DNA of 14,257 nucleotides from Fibrobacterota bacterium (GTDB taxonomy: Bacteria > Fibrobacterota > Fibrobacteria > UBA11236). Location of the stretch: NCBI GenBank assembly GCA_043753995.1, contig JAYUVP010000034.1:1-14257 (forward strand). The letters run 5' to 3'. Shown piece after piece: positions 7,758-14,257 of this stretch. Made by a program: the position numbers and the translations under genes. Under the pieces are notes generated by a model. The model made no database searches, was not told where the DNA came from, and was given only the letters and a program-made list of their open reading frames with translations. The number at the start of each line of letters is the position of its first letter. Position 1 is the first letter of the stretch.

Positions 7758-8694
7758 CCGTCATGGGCAAATTCAAATTTCCGTGGCGGCTCCAATAATG
7801 AATCACGCCTTCGCGTAATCCGAATTCGGTCACTTCCAAACGGCGAATGCCGAAATGCTTTAAGGTGGTGAGCAAGACCACCACGGCGGGCATGATGATG
7901 CGGGCGCGCTCCGTTTCCAGGTGAAATAAAGAAGCCAGTTTGTCCGGAGGTCGACCCAGGGCGATTTCAATCAAGTCTTCCAAAGCTCCGGGAGAAATGG
8001 CGGGCAATAACTTGGCCACCGAATCGCCACGAATTTCTTCGATCATCTTGGCCACGGCCCGCACATTTCCCGAGCTGCCTATGGCTCGGTCGGCGGGCAA
8101 AGCCTCACCCATGGGATAACGCCCCAATTCAGCGAGGGCGTGATCTTGGATGCGCGCAAAGGCATCCATGCTAAAAGGCTTGCCATTCAGAAATTTTCGC
8201 GTGAGCCGTATAGCGCCCAGCTCATAGCTATGTCCGAACAGGTAACGCTGGCCTCGTGTCCAGCTCACTTCTGCGCTGCCGCCACCGATGTCTATGGTTT
8301 TCACCACCTCTTCGGGACCAGCGTCAGAGCGACTCAATATGCCCATGTGAATCAAATAGCTCTCTTCGCCTCCAGTCAGCACTCGCACTTCCAGCCCCGT
8401 CTTCTGCTGTACCTTGCGCACGAAGGCATCTCGATTGGAGGCGGAGCGTACCGCCGAGGTGGCGACGACAAAGGTGAAATGGGCCTTTTCGCCGTCATGG
8501 GTATGCGGAAGCCGATTGATGAAGGCAATGACCTTATCCATACCCGCTTCGGGAATGGCCCCATCGGCGAAAACCGAGTCTCCGATGGCATAGTCGAGCT
8601 TGTCTTTGCCAACTTGGCGGTGATGGCCTTCTTCGACCAGATAGATCGAAGCTTTGACCGAATTACTACCGATATCGATAACGCGTAAAAGCAT
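7705..8694 (-). CDS. ppx: Exopolyphosphatase / Ppx-GppA family phosphatase (short form, ASKHA domains only)
   Basis: IDIGSNSVK, ATSAVRSASN, GGEES, IDIGGGSAE, LGAIRL and GLREG. 329 aa with no C-terminal HD domain; directly upstream of ppk1. Confidence 0.92.
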   Translation of the reverse strand: MLLRVIDIGSNSVKASIYLVEEGHHRQVGKDKLDYAIGDSVFADGAIPEAGMDKVIAFINRLPHTHDGEKAHFTFVVATSAVRSASNRDAFVRKVQQKTGLEVRVLTGGEESYLIHMGILSRSDAGPEEVVKTIDIGGGSAEVSWTRGQRYLFGHSYELGAIRLTRKFLNGKPFSMDAFARIQDHALAELGRYPMGEALPADRAIGSSGNVRAVAKMIEEIRGDSVAKLLPAISPGALEDLIEIALGRPPDKLASLFHLETERARIIMPAVVVLLTTLKHFGIRRLEVTEFGLREGVIHYWSRHGNLNLPMTGEEASLEGQVKDRKASA

Positions 8695-8700
8695 AGGGGA

Positions 8701-9237
8701 TCATTCTTCAGGGGATAAACGTTGCATGGCATCTGAATTCAGAAAAGCTTCCAGCCTCCCTTGCCCGGTCGCAAAGGTCTCGCAGCGCAATAAGGCGAAT
8801 CCGCATTTACGCAGGGAAAGGCCGGGGCCGGTTCGTCCGCAGATCAGGAGGGAGATCATTTCGCCAAGCCACGGCTCATGTCCAACCATCAGGATTTGTC
8901 CTCGCCAGGAAAGGCTGGCCAGTTGGCGTAAGGCAACATTCACATCAATGTCATAGCGCAAAGACGGCAACTCCTTAACCCGGTGACTGGGAATCTCGAG
9001 GGTCTCGGCAACAGCTTCGGCGGTTTGCCTCGCGCGTAGAATCGGAGAGGTGAAAATGCGATCGGGTTGAAAGCCGAGGTTCAAGAAGCCCTTGGCCACC
9101 TGAGGAATACACTTACGGCCTTTTTTGCTCAAAGGGCGAATATCATCATCAGGAAAATCCTTAACATCCCGTTTTGGTGTGAAGCTATGGCGAAGGAAGC
9201 CCAGCTTTAAATCCGAATTGTCTTTGGAGTGCGCCAT
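8701..9237 (-). CDS. sixA: Phosphohistidine phosphatase SixA (histidine phosphatase superfamily)
   Basis: LRH, D.IRPLSKKG, IFTSPILRARQTA and LMVGHEP. It ends 6 bp upstream of the ppx start. Confidence 0.88.
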   Translation of the reverse strand: MAHSKDNSDLKLGFLRHSFTPKRDVKDFPDDDIRPLSKKGRKCIPQVAKGFLNLGFQPDRIFTSPILRARQTAEAVAETLEIPSHRVKELPSLRYDIDVNVALRQLASLSWRGQILMVGHEPWLGEMISLLICGRTGPGLSLRKCGFALLRCETFATGQGRLEAFLNSDAMQRLSPEE

Positions 9238-9406
9238 GAATTTGATTGTCAGAGAGTGACGATAGGTCGATAATGATAGGTTGTGAATGCGAATTTCAGT
9301 GTTTCAAGCGGGTTACTGCCATGTCCGGCCAATTTCGTGACACCTACAACATTTTGTTTGAAGCTTGCCACATTAGTCAGGAATTCGGCTTTTTCCCGAG
9401 GTAAAA

Positions 9407-9450
9407 ACTTTGTAAACCAATTGCGCTTCCCTTTTCTTCTGTTACAAAGT
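9407..9450. promoter_or_regulatory. 9-bp inverted repeat ACTTTGTAA-N26-TTACAAAGT; candidate operator or promoter element
   Basis: Perfect arms at 9407-9415 and 9442-9450, in the AT-rich divergent intergenic region just before the structured element. Confidence 0.35.
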
Positions 9451-9569
9451 GGTTTAATTTGTTCTAACGAGCACAGTCGTTCGCAAATTGTCTCCTCGGA
9501 GATGTTGCGAAGAACGGTGACTGAACTCACAAATCTCCATTTGAATGACCACCTACCGGAGAATTAACC
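9451..9569 (+). ncRNA. Candidate structured RNA (5' leader or small ncRNA) of unrecognised family
   Basis: Nested pairings found by hand: TGTCTC 9489-9494/GAGATG 9499-9504; TTCGCAA 9480-9486/TTGCGAA 9505-9511; CAGTC 9474-9478/GACTG 9519-9523; GAG 9469-9471/CTC 9526-9528; ATTTGT 9457-9462/ACAAAT 9529-9534. There is a second hairpin CTCC 9535-9538/GGAG 9558-9561 and a closing stem GGTTTAATT 9451-9459/AATTAACC 9562-9569. Strand is inferred from the G-U pairs and the downstream gene. Confidence 0.45.
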
Positions 9570-9635
9570 AGAAAGAACGGTCCTTCGGGCTTAACGTGAC
9601 CTTGTCATCTCAAGTTTGAAGGATTATTTGCCATC

Positions 9636-10499
9636 ATGAAAAACAAAGCATTGACAGAAGGTTCGCGTTGGGATGCCCTATGGGCCAAGCAATACGAACA
9701 CATGGTTCGCTTCCACGCGAAAAATCCAAAACGTTGGCCCAAGGCCCTGGAAGAATTTCCAAAGGGCAATCGCCTGGGCCAATGGGTATTGCGTCAGCGC
9801 GACCTGAAAGAACGCGGCGAAATCGAAAGCGATCGCGCGGCTTTGCTGGAAAAGCTTGGATTCAGCTGGGACAAAGTGGATGAGCGCGAAGCTCACTGGG
9901 ATGAACAATTCGAGCATTTGACGGCCTTCCGCAAGCGCTTCCCCAAGAAGTGGCCCTTTGCCCGCGAAGAATTCCCCAAGGGCAATCGCCTGGGTTTGTG
10001 GGTTTGGCGTCAACGCCAGAATTTCGCCCGCAAGACCTTGGAAAAGGCCCGCAAGCTGCAGCTGGAAAAAATCGGCTTCCCCCTGGAATTGCCCGAGGCC
10101 TGGGAAACCCACCTTCAGACCCTCAAAGAATACCGCGCCAAGTTTCCGAATCGTTGGCCCAAGGCCCGCGAAGAATTCCCCAAGGGCAATCGCCTCGGTT
10201 TGTGGTGTCACTTGCAGCGTTGCGCCCAGAAGGCCGGCAAACTGGAAAACGATCGCGTGCGCAAGCTCGACCGCCTCGGTTTTCAATGGTCGGTGAAGGA
10301 AGTCAGCTGGATGCGTTATTACGACTTGCTGAAGACCTATAAGAAGCAGAATCCCAAGAAGTGGCCCGTGCTTGAGGCTTCGGCTTTGAATGATCGCCGT
10401 CTCATTGCTTGGTGCAGCACTCAGCGGCATAAATACCGCGTAAGCAAGCTTTCCGATGAGCAAATTGGCTTATTGGAAAAGCTCGGCTTCCGCTGGTAA
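9636..10499 (+). CDS. Stand-alone helicase-associated (HA) domain repeat protein with four repeats; predicted nucleic-acid binding
   Basis: 287 aa made of four ~68-72 aa units with the pattern W...(Y/F/L)..L..(F/Y)......WP......LG.W...QR......L...R...L..LGF.W, matching the HA domain (PF03457) consensus. AAGGA RBS upstream. No helicase motifs. Confidence 0.85.
   Translation: MKNKALTEGSRWDALWAKQYEHMVRFHAKNPKRWPKALEEFPKGNRLGQWVLRQRDLKERGEIESDRAALLEKLGFSWDKVDEREAHWDEQFEHLTAFRKRFPKKWPFAREEFPKGNRLGLWVWRQRQNFARKTLEKARKLQLEKIGFPLELPEAWETHLQTLKEYRAKFPNRWPKAREEFPKGNRLGLWCHLQRCAQKAGKLENDRVRKLDRLGFQWSVKEVSWMRYYDLLKTYKKQNPKKWPVLEASALNDRRLIAWCSTQRHKYRVSKLSDEQIGLLEKLGFRW
9732..10205 (+). repeat. Intragenic DNA repeats encoding the HA units
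   Basis: A 32-nt identical block GCCCGCGAAGAATTCCCCAAGGGCAATCGCCT at 9960-9991 and 10164-10195, with a related copy from 9750. CGTTGGCCCAAGGCCC occurs at 9732-9747 and 10152-10167. Periods are 216 and 204 nt. Confidence 0.85.
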
Positions 10500-10520
10500 T
10501 TCTCCGTTAGTCCTATCGTC

Positions 10521-10556
10521 CGGCTTGTTGGCTTTTAAAAAGAAGCCAGCAGGCCG
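10521..10556 (+). terminator. 14-bp hairpin between convergent genes (terminator-like or 3'-protective)
   Basis: CGGCTTGTTGGCTT (10521-10534) pairs with AAGCCAGCAGGCCG (10543-10556) using two G-U pairs on the + strand; the loop is TTAAAAAG. There is no downstream U-tract. Confidence 0.5.
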
Positions 10557-12094
10557 AATCGGTGTCCGCCGGCAAGTATGCCGGCTTCATCGAGACCGTA
10601 TTCGAAGGCATAGTCTACCGCCAAGCGGCGTCCCCCAAAAAGATTCTCAAAGCCATCATTTCGTAGCCCGAAACCCGCGGCGACCCTGCGCAGGGTTTCC
10701 CGACCGAAAATTTCCTGCAAGCCTCCGCGCAAACGCAATACCGACATCACGGATTTTTCCATGCCGACAGCCACGGCATCGCCTTGATCGGCATAGAGGC
10801 CTTTGCGGCCATCGACGGTGAGCCATAGGGTTTCGCTGGGGCGCAGCGATGCGCCCAGAGTGAGGCGAGGCGGCCTGATTTCCGAATCCGAGGCATCGGT
10901 GTAGTCATTGCGATGCCGTAAGAAGGAGGCCGCGTCTTCCAGGGCGGCGGCGGCATAAACTCCGCGCATGAGTCTGGCGCGCAAACCGATGTCCATGCCC
11001 GCGCCGAAGCTGCGGCCACGGCTGCGCTCTTCGCCCACGCCTCCGGCACCGACTTGGGCCAGTAGTAACTTCGCCGTGACTCCCGCCTGCATGCCGATGA
11101 GCGCCGGATGCAGCCAACCGAAATCGGCGGCCCAGGTGACACCGAGCACGGCCTCATCGGCCAGGCCGTCGCCGCGGTAACGCAAAGAATACCCCTGCGC
11201 GCATCCCCTTCCGGCCGGGGCCGCCAAGGCGGCCTGGAATTCCGGCGTGCCGTCGGGCAAGGAGGAGCGCAAGAGCAGCAATTCCGTATGCCGCACCGGG
11301 GCTATGCCCGCAGGCGAAATAAGGCCGGCCTCGGCGCCCACTACCAAGGCCATGCCCGATCCCCCGCGCGCGGACATGGAAGTCGGCGGGGTGAAACCCG
11401 AGAAAAATCCGGGGAGAAAAGACCTAGCGTGGTCGCCCTCGGTCAGGGCTTGGGAGGGCGCCAAAGTGGTATTGTCGCCGGCGAATTGGTCTTGCATCCA
11501 GGCCGCAGCCAAAACCGCCACACCAAGGGCGGGTGCGGCCCACCTCGCCACCGCTCCGGTTTGGGGATCGGGGCTGGCGCGCAGCCATGAGATAGAAGCG
11601 AAGGCTCCGCCTTCGATGGCCCCTCGGCCCGAGACCAAATCGGCTGCCGCCTGGCGCAGCTTTTCCAAGCGCGCCGAGGCCGGGCCCTCGACCCAGGTGA
11701 CGCGCGCGGCACGTACTTCGCGAGTGACGGTATCGTATAGCGCCAGCTTGGCGGTCAGATTGCTGTCTTCCCGGATGATGGCGCTGACAAACACTAAGGA
11801 AGCGCCATGCTTTTGGGCTGCCTTGTGGGCGCAGCCTTCGGAAAAGCAAGCGGGGCGCGGGGCAAAATGGACAGGATGGCCTTCGCCTTCTAAGGCCAGG
11901 CGCAGCACCGAAGCCGGAGGTATCACGGCCGCAGCAGGCCAGACTTCTTCACCGGCCACGTCCCATTCTACGGGGTGCAGCAATAAAATCGGTTTTTCTT
12001 CGGCGCTTGGTGCACCCAGGCGCAAAAGCAGGCAGCAAAGTAAGGCGAACCCGAGGCGACGGCTCGTCACGCGGAATGGCAACGGGCGCCTCAT
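10535..12094 (-). CDS. Outer-membrane beta-barrel protein, PorV/PorQ (UPF0164)-like, with an extra N-terminal Cys-containing alpha/beta domain
   Basis: Signal-peptide-like N-terminus (RRLGFALLCCLLLRLGAPSA|EE). SARGGSGMALVVGAEAGLISPAGIA resembles the start of PorV/FadL-like barrels. It has amphipathic strands (GAGMDIGL, LRLRGGL, VDYAF) and ends HRFGLLASF with a terminal Phe. Confidence 0.7.
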   Translation of the reverse strand: MRRPLPFRVTSRRLGFALLCCLLLRLGAPSAEEKPILLLHPVEWDVAGEEVWPAAAVIPPASVLRLALEGEGHPVHFAPRPACFSEGCAHKAAQKHGASLVFVSAIIREDSNLTAKLALYDTVTREVRAARVTWVEGPASARLEKLRQAAADLVSGRGAIEGGAFASISWLRASPDPQTGAVARWAAPALGVAVLAAAWMQDQFAGDNTTLAPSQALTEGDHARSFLPGFFSGFTPPTSMSARGGSGMALVVGAEAGLISPAGIAPVRHTELLLLRSSLPDGTPEFQAALAAPAGRGCAQGYSLRYRGDGLADEAVLGVTWAADFGWLHPALIGMQAGVTAKLLLAQVGAGGVGEERSRGRSFGAGMDIGLRARLMRGVYAAAALEDAASFLRHRNDYTDASDSEIRPPRLTLGASLRPSETLWLTVDGRKGLYADQGDAVAVGMEKSVMSVLRLRGGLQEIFGRETLRRVAAGFGLRNDGFENLFGGRRLAVDYAFEYGLDEAGILAGGHRFGLLASF

Positions 12095-14256
12095 TCGAAA
12101 ACCACCAGGGGTTTTAGGAATTGCTTGCTGCGTCCGCCACCCGTGGGAGACAAGGTTAAGGCGAGCAGATAACGGCCATTGCGGGCCATTCGTCCGTCGT
12201 CGGTCAGGCCATCCCAGTAATATTCGATCACGCTTTTGGGATGGGTTTGGTGATCGGCGATGAGGCGAATTCTTTCGCCTTCCAAGGTGTAAACCGCGAG
12301 CGTGATGGTCACTTCGGGGCTTTCACGCGAGTCGGGCCGAAAGCGAATGCGTGTTCCGGGCTTGGTATTGCCGTCGCGCAAGGCGGTGACGCGCGGGCTA
12401 AAGGGATTGGGTATGACGCGCAGGTCGGATGCTTCGAGTTCGCCGGAGGCGCTGAATATGGCCCAGTAATTCCCGTCGAGTCCTTTGACCTGTGCGCGAG
12501 CGATGGGGCGCAAACGTCCATCGAATTCGGTGGCTAGAGTATCGATGGGTAGCCAGTCGAGCGAGAGGGCGTCGAAGCGGCGCAGGGCATTGCTTCGATG
12601 GCGCAATGAGTTGGGTATCACGAGTCCGAGCGTCATGCGGCCCCGCAGTGGCGCCGCCGATGGATTGACGATTTCCCAAACGTCGCCGGCAACGGCGCCT
12701 TCTTTCAAGCTGGTAAAAGTTTTGGGCAAGGACCGACGATAGGCGCGCAAGACGGTGGCGGCTTCGCCACCCACCAAAGAATCGGGGACGGTCAGTAAGA
12801 ATTGGGTGCCATGGCGTAATAGCCTACCCTTTGTTCTTGGTGCCACGGTTTGTCCAACATTGATTCCGCGCGTCAAGGCATCTTCGGTCGGGCGTAATTC
12901 CGCTTCGAGGAGTTTTCCATCGGGATAGGTATGCCGGCCGCGAATGCGCAAAGGGCCAATGAAATTGCTGTCTAGCGAGAGCTCGACGCCCCGTAGCAGG
13001 CCGCTTTCGGGCGGATCGACGACGAAGGAGGGATTGGACGACAAGGGCAAGGGCGGATTATAAGTGGTGTCGAAAGCCATGAGCCGCAAAGTCATGGATC
13101 GCGGCGATTCGATTTGCTCGACATCGCCCAAAGAGGTGGCAACGCGGACGAAATTGATTTGCGCATCCTCGATTCTGGCGGCCACGAGGATTCCGCGATC
13201 AAGCCCATCCAAGGAGGCGATGATAGACAGGGTGTCCCAGATTTCATCGCCTTGCGCGCGTGCGCGGCGCGCCGAGGCTTGGCTTTCCTCTTCGGATTCG
13301 TTTTGCGAGATGGGGGCTTGGCCCGATTCGAGAGTGAATTGCAGGCTTTTGACATTCGGTTGGCGCAAGGCAAAAGCCTGCGTGCCAACATGTTTCCAGC
13401 GCAATCCTCCGCGGGCGGCAATCGCTGAATCCAGGGAGTGACCTCGGGAATCGAGCGCGCGCAGGGTGATGAGGCTGCGTGATTTTTCCGGCAGGCGAAT
13501 GCTGTCCGGGACATCCAGGGTGATTTCCGCCAATTCTCCGGGCTTGAATAATTCCAAAGTATTGCGGCGCGAAGGATCCTCGTCGGCATAGGTGGAGCCG
13601 CCCTGATAGATGACGAACCAGTAACTTAGGCGTGTCGCTCCGATAGGTGACCGGGCCAGGATTTGCAGCACGCCAGCATTGAGCCTCACATCGCCCCCCC
13701 GCAAGGAAACGATTTGTCGCAAACCGTTTTGCGCCTCGATAAACAAATAGCCGGAGTCGAGGCCGAAGTCCTGTTGCAGCAAAAACAAGTAGCGGCCGTC
13801 TTTTTGTCTTTCCGGAACTTGGCGATGGGAGAAGGGACAATTCACGGTGACTTCGACCGGTTTATTGCCGTTCTTTTCCACGATTTGTGACATGCGTATC
13901 AGGGGAATGCGATCCGCGTCGTGGGGCGTGGCCGAGAGTTGGTAGGTGCCGAAGCCCGCGGGCTTCAGGGTATCGCCCGAGCCCAAGGCGGCCGTGACCG
14001 GGGAATAAACGCGTATTTGTCCAGGCAGGGTACTGTCGCCGCCACGCAATTTGAAAATCAAGGCCCCCGAATTTTTCCCCAGGCTTAAGGAGGGTTGCGG
14101 CGTCGTGACGCCGTTCTCGACGAAGAAATCTGGCTCGGCTACGGTGGCATAGCCGGCACCCGAGGCGGAAAGGCGATAGTGGCCATCGGCTACGCTCTCC
14201 ACGAGAAAACGCAAGCCGGCGGAGTCGCGAAAGGCTCGGCCATTACGCACCACCTT
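12091..14256 (-). CDS. Large secreted/surface protein (5'-truncated) with beta-sandwich domains and a C-terminal FlgD-Ig / T9SS-like sorting domain
   Basis: The frame is open to the window edge. G.YRLSASGAGY resembles a carboxypeptidase-regulatory-like domain. The C-terminus reads VIPNPFSP...TRIRF...VTITLAVYTLEGERIRLI...WDGLTDDGRMARNGRYLL...KPLVVFE. Its stop overlaps the barrel gene start (ATGA). Confidence 0.8.
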   Translation of the reverse strand, partial: KVVRNGRAFRDSAGLRFLVESVADGHYRLSASGAGYATVAEPDFFVENGVTTPQPSLSLGKNSGALIFKLRGGDSTLPGQIRVYSPVTAALGSGDTLKPAGFGTYQLSATPHDADRIPLIRMSQIVEKNGNKPVEVTVNCPFSHRQVPERQKDGRYLFLLQQDFGLDSGYLFIEAQNGLRQIVSLRGGDVRLNAGVLQILARSPIGATRLSYWFVIYQGGSTYADEDPSRRNTLELFKPGELAEITLDVPDSIRLPEKSRSLITLRALDSRGHSLDSAIAARGGLRWKHVGTQAFALRQPNVKSLQFTLESGQAPISQNESEEESQASARRARAQGDEIWDTLSIIASLDGLDRGILVAARIEDAQINFVRVATSLGDVEQIESPRSMTLRLMAFDTTYNPPLPLSSNPSFVVDPPESGLLRGVELSLDSNFIGPLRIRGRHTYPDGKLLEAELRPTEDALTRGINVGQTVAPRTKGRLLRHGTQFLLTVPDSLVGGEAATVLRAYRRSLPKTFTSLKEGAVAGDVWEIVNPSAAPLRGRMTLGLVIPNSLRHRSNALRRFDALSLDWLPIDTLATEFDGRLRPIARAQVKGLDGNYWAIFSASGELEASDLRVIPNPFSPRVTALRDGNTKPGTRIRFRPDSRESPEVTITLAVYTLEGERIRLIADHQTHPKSVIEYYWDGLTDDGRMARNGRYLLALTLSPTGGGRSKQFLKPLVVFE

Positions 14257-14257
14257 G

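Noticed and set aside
9247..9290. Pho box upstream of sixA-ppx-ppk1
   Set aside because: GATAGGT repeats at 9261 and 9275 have a 14-bp period, not the 11-bp period of CTGTCAT Pho boxes, and the half-site matches are weak.
9249..9567. Short ORFs 9249..9530 (-) and 9283..9567 (+)
   Set aside because: They have no recognisable motifs or RBS, overlap each other, and lie in an AT-rich regulatory region.
9451..9569. Retron msr-msd, 6S RNA or SRP RNA
   Set aside because: No reverse transcriptase lies nearby. The element is shorter than typical 6S RNA and has no clear central bubble, and it lacks the SRP domain IV motif. It is kept as an unassigned structured RNA.
9732..10205. CRISPR array or DGR template/variable repeat
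   Set aside because: The repeats are in-frame coding units 204-216 nt apart. Differences are not adenine-specific, and no cas or reverse transcriptase gene is present.
9678..10463. 261-aa antisense ORF within the HA gene
   Set aside because: This is a shadow of the biased codon usage of the HA gene; its repeats simply mirror the sense repeats.
11247..12263. 338-aa plus-strand ORF and other long overlapping ORFs in 10.7-13.9 kb
   Set aside because: These are Ala/Pro/Ser/Arg-rich shadow ORFs, antisense or out of frame to well-supported genes in GC-rich DNA.

Overview
This is a bacterial chromosomal window, mostly housekeeping. In order it holds: the 3' end of an alpha/beta hydrolase; a degraded gene for a secreted/membrane protein (frameshift plus in-frame stop, ~404-1029, minus); an HTH + AT-hook-like DNA-binding protein with its intrinsic terminator; DUF3467 and thrH; a carboxylesterase and htpX; a TerC-family membrane protein; and a sixA-ppx-ppk1 polyphosphate operon. 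A ~400 bp divergent intergenic region follows, containing a ~120-nt highly structured RNA-like element. Downstream of it is a stand-alone protein made only of four helicase-associated (HA)-type repeats. The window ends with a visibly more GC-rich gene pair: a large surface protein with a FlgD-Ig/T9SS-like C-terminal domain, coupled to a PorV/PorQ-like beta-barrel. The gene content suggests an FCB-group organism such as Fibrobacterota, but this is inference only. The most promising undescribed item is the structured leader/ncRNA plus helicase-less HA-repeat protein unit (9407-10556). No rRNA, tRNA, CRISPR array or intact mobile element was recognised. All family calls come from motif recognition by eye; no database searches were run.
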